Shown one piece after another: positions 56,714 through 64,000 of a stretch of DNA of 64,000 bases. Within the stretch, counting starts at the first letter, position 1; each line of letters starts with the position of its first letter. The translations under genes were made by a program, and so were the position numbers. The DNA is from an uncultured virus (IMG/VR IMGVR_UViG_3300032331_001801) (lineage: Duplodnaviria > Heunggongvirae > Uroviricota > Caudoviricetes): the IMG/VR virus record IMGVR_UViG_3300032331_001801; one strand, given 5' to 3'. The notes under the pieces are model-generated. The model ran no database searches. It saw only the letters and a program-made list of their open reading frames with translations, and was not told the origin of the DNA.

Positions 56714-56887
56714 TTATTTTACGTTTATTTCACCTACTTTGTTGCCATTTGAATCATACACATAATCCGAAAAATCGCCGCTTTCTCTGTAACGTGTAGC
56801 AATCGATTCTAATATATCCGACAATTCTGTAGGGTTATCCTCAAATGCTGCATTGTCGGTAGTTATCTGAATAGTAATTGTGCTCAT
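56714..56887 (-). CDS. Cassette ORF, conserved small protein (57 aa)
   Basis: I.I.TDNAAFED...EL..IL..IA...D.NGNKVG. Confidence 0.65.
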   Translation of the reverse strand: MSTITIQITTDNAAFEDNPTELSDILESIATRYRESGDFSDYVYDSNGNKVGEINVK

Positions 56888-56899
56888 TGTATGCCCCTA

Positions 56900-57256
56900 T
56901 TAAATTGACCACTTAGCTTCATTGTAACCATCTAGCTTATACAATGCTGAATTGATAATTTGATTAATTACTTTTTTGGCGGTGCTAGTTTCATAACCAT
57001 CAAACTCGCATGACTGATAATCTAAGCATTTCGCTGCTTTGATTGCCTGAACTGGTGTTAGCAATTTTTTAGGGGTTGACGCATAGTCAATGGTTGCTGT
57101 ATTTTTTTCATTATAACGCACATTGACACTTGTAATATTTGCATCGAGTAATGTAGTTGCTGCGGTTTGAGCTAAATCGGCGGTGAATGCATTATTGGCA
57201 ACAGCAAAACTTACCAATGATGCAATGTGCTCATTACTTACGATAAATGCTGACAT
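56900..57256 (-). CDS. Cassette ORF, conserved hypothetical (YQSCE motif)
   Basis: MSAFIVSNEHI..LV, N..SVN.RY, CLDYQSCE. Confidence 0.78.
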   Translation of the reverse strand: MSAFIVSNEHIASLVSFAVANNAFTADLAQTAATTLLDANITSVNVRYNEKNTATIDYASTPKKLLTPVQAIKAAKCLDYQSCEFDGYETSTAKKVINQIINSALYKLDGYNEAKWSI

Positions 57257-57325
57257 TTTTTTCTCCTAATTAATTAACCAATGAACAGAGTATATCAATA
57301 AACGGTAAACGTGTCAAGCATTAAT

Positions 57326-57595
57326 TTAAATATTTCCTGCTTCCAATCCAGAAATTTTACCTGTTGCTAGTATGATATCACGAACACGCTCACGATCTAA
57401 GGTATCGCCGCAAAATTCTTCATCGTTTACATCTAAGCAAGTAATGTATAATTTTGTTGCCAAAACGATTTGTTCTACGGTAAAACCTAGCGGATAGATG
57501 CCAAGTGCACCATAAAAACTAAATGTATAATCCACAAAATCATTAATGAATTCAGTTGTTGGAATGCTACCGCAATTAGTCATTTGTGTTGTCAT
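57326..57595 (-). CDS. Cassette ORF, hypothetical
   Basis: FVDY..SFYG..GIYP, F.GDTLDRERVRDI. Confidence 0.72.
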   Translation of the reverse strand: MTTQMTNCGSIPTTEFINDFVDYTFSFYGALGIYPLGFTVEQIVLATKLYITCLDVNDEEFCGDTLDRERVRDIILATGKISGLEAGNI

Positions 57596-57654
57596 TTCAA
57601 TCCCCTAATTAATTAGTCCCAATAAACAGAGTATATCAATAAACGGTAAACGTG

Positions 57655-57885
57655 TCAAGCATCAACTACTGATGCATAAACAGATTTATATGGTACATTA
57701 TATACATAATTTGCAAAGTTTTTTGCGTCATCATGAGACTTAAATTCGAAAAGATAGCCTTTATCTGTAGCATTGTAATGTGTCCCATCATACATCTTTA
57801 AACCAGCCTCAACATATTTTACATCTTTAGGATGTGGTTTATTTCCGTATATGCTACCGTCATCAACATGAACAAGAATTTCCAT
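57655..57885 (-). CDS. Cassette ORF, hypothetical
   Basis: Own promoter and RBS; stop within TTGACA. Confidence 0.68.
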   Translation of the reverse strand: MEILVHVDDGSIYGNKPHPKDVKYVEAGLKMYDGTHYNATDKGYLFEFKSHDDAKNFANYVYNVPYKSVYASVVDA

Positions 57886-57951
57886 TTTAATCCCCTAATT
57901 AATTAACCAATGAACAGATTATACCTATTAACGGTAAACGTGTCAAGTGTT

Positions 57952-58155
57952 TTATAAATTAATTTGTAAATCGTATTTTGTATCATTAGTGTAACAAGTG
58001 TACCCTAAACCTGCATATTTACCCTCGATACACTCTTTATAGATTTTTCTGCAATAATTATTGAGTTCAATAAAATCACCCACACCCTCTGCAATCTGCT
58101 TTTTGGTTGTGTAAAATGAAACACCATTAACAATGATTCGAATTTTCTTAGCCAT
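57952..58155 (-). CDS. Cassette ORF, hypothetical
   Basis: GGAG RBS. Confidence 0.62.
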   Translation of the reverse strand: MAKKIRIIVNGVSFYTTKKQIAEGVGDFIELNNYCRKIYKECIEGKYAGLGYTCYTNDTKYDLQINL

Positions 58156-58170
58156 GTGATATGCTCCCGA

Positions 58171-58338
58171 TTATGCTACGCAATAACCACTACGAATCAA
58201 TTCAGATGCCATGCGACCATAGGAACCTTGCAATTGCCATGCCAAGCCAGAATTAATTAGACTTTGAAACAATTCAATGGTTTGTTCTGCATCTAATTCA
58301 CCTTCTTCGTATGCCATCATTTGTGAGACTTGATCCAT
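58171..58338 (-). CDS. Cassette ORF, conserved small protein
   Basis: Start reassigned to MDQVSQ; YE.GEL.....[22 protein letters not shown]. Confidence 0.75.
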   Translation of the reverse strand: MDQVSQMMAYEEGELDAEQTIELFQSLINSGLAWQLQGSYGRMASELIRSGYCVA

Positions 58339-58405
58339 TTTTTTCTCCCTAGAATTAATCAACCAACACACACATAGTATCAATAAACGGTAAACGTGTC
58401 AAGCA

Positions 58406-58645
58406 TTATTTTACTAAAATTTCTTGGCTTTCCAAATCAGCAACTAACGCCAATAGTCTATCAGTTGCAGCACCTTTATCATATTCTGCCATCATTGCCA
58501 CAGAACGTAGTTCTTTCATAATAATAGATAATTGTTGTGTATTTGTTAATCCAATCGAATTTTCTGACCATACCAAATTAACAATGTCAAGTAAACGATT
58601 AGTTGTCTTTTCGATACTTGCTAAGTTTTCAAGTGTATAATTCAT
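58406..58645 (-). CDS. Cassette ORF, paralogue of 55960-56244
   Basis: Start reassigned to MNYTLE; LASIEKTTNRLLD...ELRSVA..AE...AATDRLLALVA. Confidence 0.72.
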   Translation of the reverse strand: MNYTLENLASIEKTTNRLLDIVNLVWSENSIGLTNTQQLSIIMKELRSVAMMAEYDKGAATDRLLALVADLESQEILVK

Positions 58646-58646
58646 T

Positions 58647-59003
58647 TTACATACTCCAATAAGTTTCACTAGCAGGATTGCAGCACCACGGCGTATCAGC
58701 AGGTATAACCACATCTTTACCTGTCATTAGATTTTTGACAGTTTTTGTTGCACCTTCTATCATATAATGACGGTAGCTGCGTATTTTAGAATTACGATTT
58801 GTATGCTTATTAACCACTTGCAAATAATTCAAACCATACGCATTTGCAAATATTGCATAATCGATATCTTCTTCCAGATATGCGTATTCACCACGTTGAT
58901 AACTAAAATTTGATATCTTACCTGCAATACCCAATTTTTCGAGTAATGCTTTTGGAACTTTCAACCAACCGTGACCTGCATCTGTGTAATATGTGAATTT
59001 CAT
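58647..59003 (-). CDS. Cassette ORF, conserved hypothetical
   Basis: DAGHGWLKV...IS.FSY....YLEED.D, plus C-terminal KNLMTGK....DTP.CC.P.SETYWSM module. Confidence 0.78.
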   Translation of the reverse strand: MKFTYYTDAGHGWLKVPKALLEKLGIAGKISNFSYQRGEYAYLEEDIDYAIFANAYGLNYLQVVNKHTNRNSKIRSYRHYMIEGATKTVKNLMTGKDVVIPADTPWCCNPASETYWSM

Positions 59004-59061
59004 TTTTATCTCCCAATAAAATCAATCAACAAACATATAGTAACAATAAACGGTAAACGTG

Positions 59062-59280
59062 TCAATCTCTTTTTGATGATGCCACGCGATTAATATATTT
59101 GTGTTCCATAATTACCACATCACGTTCAGCACCATACACATTAATAGGTGTATCTAATTTGACATGATGACTAACGCCACCGCCATAGGTAACACGCGAT
59201 AAGCTTACAGTACCACGAATTGGAAACTCACCCATATAGTTACCAAAAACTGTCATACCTTCAAGATTCCATGTGCTCAT
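59062..59280 (-). CDS. Conserved small phage protein
   Basis: WNLEG..V.G.YMG.FP..G.V.LSRV.YGG.V.H.V.LD.PI.VYGA.R. Confidence 0.72.
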   Translation of the reverse strand: MSTWNLEGMTVFGNYMGEFPIRGTVSLSRVTYGGGVSHHVKLDTPINVYGAERDVVIMEHKYINRVASSKRD

Positions 59281-59379
59281 AATTAAATCCCCATGCGATC
59301 AAGTAATGCTTCAATGACAAGATAGATGCCGCCAACAATTCCTGCTATAACAAAGAATATTTCGATTGTTTCCATTTTA

Positions 59380-59565
59380 TCACTCCCAATCTTCATCAGT
59401 ATTATTAACAACCACAACGCTATTATTACCGATAATCGGTTCGCTGTCAACAACTATTTTCGGTAATTCAATTATTTCTGGTAATGTATAAGATAGCGCA
59501 ATAATACCAACGCAAGCGGCAATTAGTATTATTTGAAATAAAATTATAAAAAGAATAAACATCAT
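59380..59565 (-). CDS. Small membrane protein
   Basis: N-terminal TM segment, acidic tail. Confidence 0.55.
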   Translation of the reverse strand: MMFILFIILFQIILIAACVGIIALSYTLPEIIELPKIVVDSEPIIGNNSVVVVNNTDEDWE

Positions 59566-59750
59566 TCATCCAGTATTGATAACTGTTGAACATGATATTC
59601 GTTTTTAATTTGTGAGATATAATCTTCTGTTAGCTGTTCTTTCTTAAATGCTAACAGTTTTTCTTTGGTAGAGTGTGCGGATAGATTTATCCACGGATTG
59701 ACTTTTGCGTTTGTCTTAGGACGAAATTGTAAAATCCAGATGTGTTTCAT
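59562..59750 (-). CDS. Hypothetical protein
   Basis: First ORF after the promoter at about 59.8 kb; AAGGTG RBS. Confidence 0.6.
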   Translation of the reverse strand: MKHIWILQFRPKTNAKVNPWINLSAHSTKEKLLAFKKEQLTEDYISQIKNEYHVQQLSILDE

Positions 59751-59984
59751 AATGCACCTTAATTAAGTTATTTAATTTAAGTGTACACATAAACGGTAAA
59801 CCTGTCAAGTATTATTTTGCGGGAACACAACGAAAACGCTCTGTTGAAATACTCATTAATTTTGCAGCATCTTTACAACTTTCTAGCGTATGATGTGTGG
59901 TAAGATAACGCCAATCGTGTGCCTGTACCAATGATGAATTTTGACCTGACATTGCAACTACGGTATAGATCATTAGTGCGAAAT

Positions 59985-60191
59985 TCATGATTCACCTTTC
60001 AGTTTAATAATAATATCTTTTTTAATGCACAATTGTGCATCGCGTGTGCGTAGATAATATCCGCTTTTGGATATACATTCCTGCTCTTTTGCATCCCATT
60101 TGTTTTTTTCTGTTGCCACAACAAATGCAACCATACTACCAATAATAAACAATAGTAGTATAAAACCTAGTTTATCATTGTACCATATCAT
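59985..60191 (-). CDS. Small membrane protein
   Basis: TM segment then C...G......C. Confidence 0.6.
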   Translation of the reverse strand: MIWYNDKLGFILLLFIIGSMVAFVVATEKNKWDAKEQECISKSGYYLRTRDAQLCIKKDIIIKLKGES

Positions 60192-60325
60192 TTTAATGGT
60201 ATTTGTTCTTTAGGTGAAACCCATGCACCCGCAGATTGTAAATCTTTACCTGCACCTTGCAAGATACCCGCTGTGGTATTACATGCAGCCAATGATACTA
60301 ACATAATCAACAAAACTATTTTCAT
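60188..60325 (-). CDS. Entericidin EcnA/B-like lipoprotein (45 aa)
   Basis: Manual translation MKIVLLIMLVSLAACNTTAGILQGAGKDLQSAGAWVSPKEQIPLK*; lipobox LAAC + NT..G.G.D...AG. Confidence 0.7.
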   Translation of the reverse strand: MKIVLLIMLVSLAACNTTAGILQGAGKDLQSAGAWVSPKEQIPLK

Positions 60326-60488
60326 GATTGTTCTTTCAATTCTTTAATTCGTTCAGCCAATACAGATGCGGCAGTATTATAATGTCCTGTTGCACCTGTG
60401 TTCGGATTGTAATAATATCGTAAAAGAGTTTCCATTTCAGTTTGTAGAACTGCAATGTATTCCTCTCTGCTAGTAAAAAACTGTTTCA

Positions 60489-60806
60489 TTAAGAAATTCC
60501 TGTCCAGCTTAATGTTGGATAATCGTTATTCAATACATTACCTCTTGGATAGTTTTTTGCTGGTGTTTTGTATGTTGCTGCTTTCCATATATCACCAGTA
60601 GATTTGTCAATAAACGAATGTACATATTTTTTGATACTGTTTTTGCTGCTCCACGGTTTGAATGATACCTTAACATATTTGTTGCCAATTTTGAATTCAA
60701 CGCTATGATCGACAATTGTAGATTCTGTAACATTTACATAAGAAGATATGATAGCATCTTTGTAACCAATCAATGCCACCGCTAATTCGTCAGATACTTT
60801 TTTCAT
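60489..60806 (-). CDS. Conserved phage protein
   Basis: G.KY.KV, VHSFIDK.TGDI.KAA.YK.PAK..RGNV. Confidence 0.75.
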   Translation of the reverse strand: MKKVSDELAVALIGYKDAIISSYVNVTESTIVDHSVEFKIGNKYVKVSFKPWSSKNSIKKYVHSFIDKSTGDIWKAATYKTPAKNYPRGNVLNNDYPTLSWTGIS

Positions 60807-61036
60807 TATACCATTTCTCCGTAAGCAATTGAATCATTAGTGTAGGATTGTGAAGCATACAACAATTGTTCGTGACCTGCAAACATTTCAAAAACCATTT
60901 CTTCGTACTCTGCCTCAACAACAGCATTTATAGCATCATCAGCCAACTTAGTCAAGAACAGATTTACTTGATCAATAGTCATAACATCCTCGAATTAATT
61001 ACCATAAACAGATAATATCAAATATCGGTAATCGTG

Positions 61037-61312
61037 TCAAGTAATATCTATAAAATCGTGCTTAGTTTTTATTATGTGTATGAATTCTTGTATTTGTGAC
61101 AAGTCTGGACGTTCTTTATATGTTCCAATGTATAATCCACGAATTCTATCTAATCCACGAATAGAATCGACATCACGAACATATCTGTATTCAAAATGAA
61201 AACCCATTTGTCGCTTCTTTATGACAAAATTCTGAAACTCTTGAAAATTGCCAGCAACAATATAAATTGGATATTCATCACCCCTGAACAACTGTTTTAT
61301 GTATAAAAACAT
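61037..61312 (-). CDS. Hypothetical protein
   Basis: IVAGN..EF, Y.YV.....IRGL, G.YIGTY.ER.D; AGGAG RBS. Confidence 0.68.
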   Translation of the reverse strand: MFLYIKQLFRGDEYPIYIVAGNFQEFQNFVIKKRQMGFHFEYRYVRDVDSIRGLDRIRGLYIGTYKERPDLSQIQEFIHIIKTKHDFIDIT

Positions 61313-61357
61313 TATTGCTCCTATCGGTTAGGAAACTTTCTTTTACGCCATAGTGAT

Positions 61358-61849
61358 TTACGTTGGTTTTCCTGCACTTTTTAACTCCCTAATAATACGA
61401 ACTTGTGTATCAGGTACAGCATGAATTCTAGCACGATAAACTATTTCATCAGAATCTACTGCTCTCATTTTTGTAAATTCTATACACTTTGCTCTAAACA
61501 ATTCATGCACTATTTTTTCCATTAACTCTGCTTTAATTACGGCTTCATCTTCTTTCGTTAACTCTATACTGGTATAAATTGGAGTTATATGTTCAACCGA
61601 TATTGTCTGACCTTGAATTTCATGATCTTTAATGAAATGATTCAGAACACTATCATCATACGGATATAGATGTGGTGGTGGTAATGGTAGTGATAATCCG
61701 CTACCATTATTAACAATACCTGAACTACCAGTACCACCACCGACTGCTCCAAATGTACCGCCACTACCGCCACCACCACCAGCACCCACCGATATAGTAT
61801 AAATTCCTGTTGGATTTGGTGGTACTACGATTGTTGTATCTGTAGTCAT
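61358..61849 (-). CDS. Hypothetical protein with Gly-rich N-terminal linker
   Basis: 163 aa; GGAG RBS. Confidence 0.65.
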   Translation of the reverse strand: MTTDTTIVVPPNPTGIYTISVGAGGGGGSGGTFGAVGGGTGSSGIVNNGSGLSLPLPPPHLYPYDDSVLNHFIKDHEIQGQTISVEHITPIYTSIELTKEDEAVIKAELMEKIVHELFRAKCIEFTKMRAVDSDEIVYRARIHAVPDTQVRIIRELKSAGKPT

Positions 61850-61868
61850 AATATATTTACTCCGTCAA

Positions 61869-62654
61869 TTAGATTGAACCGCCACGACCATCTTTTGGTT
61901 TATCAATTTTAGTTTTACGCCATTGTGACACATCAACAGGATCACCAGTATGTAATGCCGTTAAACTATTTTCTTCACCAATATAACCTTTTAAGAATGT
62001 ATTGAATGATAAACTAATTCGTGTATCTTTGCTTTCTGTTTGTTCTACCATGTGTGTTAGATATGATGGAAATAATACCATATCACATGTTCCCACGTTA
62101 AACCACCATGATTCTGAATTGAATTGATTATACCGTTCAGTTGGTAATGATATGCGCTTATATCCATTCTTGTAGAAATAGATTTTATCTTTTTCTGGAT
62201 CAGCATTTATATACAATACACCTGAGATATAACTATTTGGGTGTTCATGCTTATGATGAAATTCGCCTGGTTGTGTAAAGTTTAACCATGATTGTGTAAT
62301 GTATGCTTCGACAGGCATGTATGGTGATTCAATCTCAGTCATATAATAATTCACATAAAACTGTACAAATGATTTTAAATCAGCCAACGCTGGTTCTTCG
62401 AATACATAACGATCAACGCTTGTAGTGTTACCAGTATTTTTGGTAACCTGATTTGCACAACTCTTGATGAAGTTAACTTCATCATCTGTAAATTTTCTAG
62501 GTAACTTAGTAAAGAGTACAGGTGTGGGGAATAATTGATTTGTTACTGGTTCAGGATAAAATGTAATTTTACTGTTAGTATTAGCACTAATTGTGCTGCT
62601 TACATTAGTATCAATTATTTCATTCTTCTGAATCTTTTGTTTTTTCGTTGACAT
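61869..62654 (-). CDS. 2OG-Fe(II) oxygenase-like protein (TIGR02466-type)
   Basis: LFPTPV, ITQSWLN...G.FH..H.HPNSYISGVLY, LFPSYL.H.V, RISLSFN. Confidence 0.85.
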   Translation of the reverse strand: MSTKKQKIQKNEIIDTNVSSTISANTNSKITFYPEPVTNQLFPTPVLFTKLPRKFTDDEVNFIKSCANQVTKNTGNTTSVDRYVFEEPALADLKSFVQFYVNYYMTEIESPYMPVEAYITQSWLNFTQPGEFHHKHEHPNSYISGVLYINADPEKDKIYFYKNGYKRISLPTERYNQFNSESWWFNVGTCDMVLFPSYLTHMVEQTESKDTRISLSFNTFLKGYIGEENSLTALHTGDPVDVSQWRKTKIDKPKDGRGGSI

Positions 62655-62746
62655 TTTCATCCTCTTTGTATTCGTCAATTGCAGTCTGCGACCACATTTC
62701 TTCTGTTTCTAATACTGGCATGTCGTATTCATCCGACATCCACGGC

Positions 62747-62959
62747 TTATTTGTATTTGCCTTCGAAGTATTCATTTGCTTTGAACCTTGCTTCCTCTAA
62801 TGATTCTGCAACAACTTTAACAAAAGCAGTGCCACCTGAAATACTCATATCAAACGGAACTACGCCATCAAACTCAAATCCATCTGGAAATGGGACTTGC
62901 ACCTCATATTCATTCAAATTTTGAATGCGTTCCATAATGTGTTTAAATTCTTTATTCAT
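62747..62959 (-). CDS. Hypothetical protein
   Basis: 70-aa ORF in operon. Confidence 0.6.
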   Translation of the reverse strand: MNKEFKHIMERIQNLNEYEVQVPFPDGFEFDGVVPFDMSISGGTAFVKVVAESLEEARFKANEYFEGKYK

Positions 62960-62967
62960 TATATACC

Positions 62968-63858
62968 TTACGCATGAATGATACGTTTAACTGTATCTGC
63001 TCGTTGAATTGGATTTTTAGCACCCATCACAACCACAATTCGATGATGTGTTTCATAATTAATTTCACGTTCAATCAATATAGCCACACAAAAACCCGCA
63101 GGATTAGTAAACCCTGTTTTGCTTAATTGTATGCCACCGACACTATCCAATAATACATGATTAGTGTTATGAATGATAGTATGTCGTGTTTTATTTTTAG
63201 TGTAAGTTAAAATATCTGCTTCTTTTTTAGTGCTTATTTGTCTTATTATTGGATAATATTGTGCTGCTGTGGCAACCATTGTGGTAACATCCGATGCTGT
63301 GCTTACATTACCATTACTTAAACCCGATGGATCATCAAAATGTGTGCCGTACATACCCATTAGTTCAGCACGGGTATTCATGTCTTGAATGAATTTACTA
63401 CGTCCACCTTCATAATCTGCTGCTAATGTCTCGGCTGCTGCGTTATCTGATTTGATTAGCAACATGTGAAACAATTCGCCCCTAGAATACTGTCGAACTG
63501 GTATCCTACTGTGAGTTAATTTACTCAGACTTAGCATTTTATTCATATCAGTGCTGCTATCCAACGCTACCATAGCAGTCATTAATTTGGTAATACTAGC
63601 CAATCCTCGAACCTGATCTATATTCTGTCCACGTATAATTGAATTCGTAGTCACATCAGTTACCAAAAAAGATAAATTATTATTTGTTATTGTTTTGGCA
63701 ACACGATGCTTATGTGGTTTTGCTTCTGCAAAACCAACTATAAGAAAGCATAATACCACAATATACACAATCATTTCCGCTAATGTGTATGGGATTGCAT
63801 TATATGTGTTCTCGATGGCATATTGCCAATCTTTTAACTTCTCTCGTATTTTTTTCAT
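62968..63858 (-). CDS. Serine-type D-Ala-D-Ala peptidase (peptidase S11, PBP7/PbpG-like)
   Basis: ASITKLMTAMV (SxxK), KSDNAAA (SxN), SKTGFT..AG.C (KTG); N-terminal TM/signal; TTGACA-17-TAGTAT just upstream. Confidence 0.92.
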   Translation of the reverse strand: MKKIREKLKDWQYAIENTYNAIPYTLAEMIVYIVVLCFLIVGFAEAKPHKHRVAKTITNNNLSFLVTDVTTNSIIRGQNIDQVRGLASITKLMTAMVALDSSTDMNKMLSLSKLTHSRIPVRQYSRGELFHMLLIKSDNAAAETLAADYEGGRSKFIQDMNTRAELMGMYGTHFDDPSGLSNGNVSTASDVTTMVATAAQYYPIIRQISTKKEADILTYTKNKTRHTIIHNTNHVLLDSVGGIQLSKTGFTNPAGFCVAILIEREINYETHHRIVVVMGAKNPIQRADTVKRIIHA

Positions 63859-64000
63859 TTGGATATACTACAATAGATTTGAATTGGTGTCAATCACCAT
63901 TTTTCTGCGCGTTGCCATGTCCAATCATAATCAGCAGAATAATCAGTAACATCTGGAATACCTACAGCAAAATCATCTACACCGATTTCTTCCCATTCTT

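Larger units (their letters stand above)
52853..61040 (-). repeat. Array of about 17 near-identical early promoter/leader cassettes
   Basis: Minus strand TTGACA-(C/TT)GTTTACCG(T/A)T(T/A)AT..-TA(C/T)(T/A/C)(A/G)T, mostly 17-18 nt spacer, then ..GTTGATTGATTAATTAGGGG..ATG. CGGTAAAC cores (+) at 52867, 53820, 54231, 54689, 54923, 55226, 55648, 55948, 56289, 57303, 57644, 57932, 58388, 59051, 59794; variants at 56696, 61026. Confidence 0.92.

Noticed and set aside
52853..61040. Repeated ~30-50 bp units as a CRISPR array
   Set aside because: Intervals are hundreds of bp and contain ORFs, the repeats are degenerate promoters, and no cas operon is present
63894..64000. C-terminal fragment of a minus-strand ORF (...DYSADYDWTWQRAEKW*)
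   Set aside because: Probably real but too short to assign a function

Overview
A 64 kb AT-rich segment of a large T4-like myovirus genome, probably a freshwater/aquatic type. The PqqA sequence hints at a betaproteobacterial host. Left to right: (i) baseplate/tail module (VrlC/DUF4815-like protein, gp8, gp7, gp6, gp25, gp5, hub, gp53, gp48; then gp4, gp2, gp54-like, gp26/gp51-like and three paralogous tape-measure-like proteins); (ii) gp32, gp59, gp33, a SleB-like hydrolase and a circularly permuted two-piece tmRNA; (iii) exonuclease, DenV-like glycosylase, a glycine-rich protein, ClpP, a sugar-nucleotide/glycosyltransferase cluster, RNase H, a 24-aa PqqA precursor missed by the ORF track, and tRNA-Trp; (iv) an accessory region of small ORFs. 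From about 52.8 to 61 kb these ORFs are arranged as about 17 cassettes, each with a near-identical sigma70-type promoter whose spacer carries the motif ATWAACGGTAAAC. The same motif sits between genes left of about 52.05 kb but in the opposite orientation, although the genes on both sides are on the minus strand. Next to the switch point are a CTG/GCT-rich tract and about 450 bp of noncoding DNA packed with different operator-like sites (two Fur-like boxes, MraZ-like repeats, several palindromes). Most notable: this polarised motif and operator cluster, phage-encoded pqqA, a probable -1 frameshift joining gp26 to gp51, the triplicated tape-measure-like genes and the two-piece tmRNA. All family calls are from motif recognition; no searches were run.
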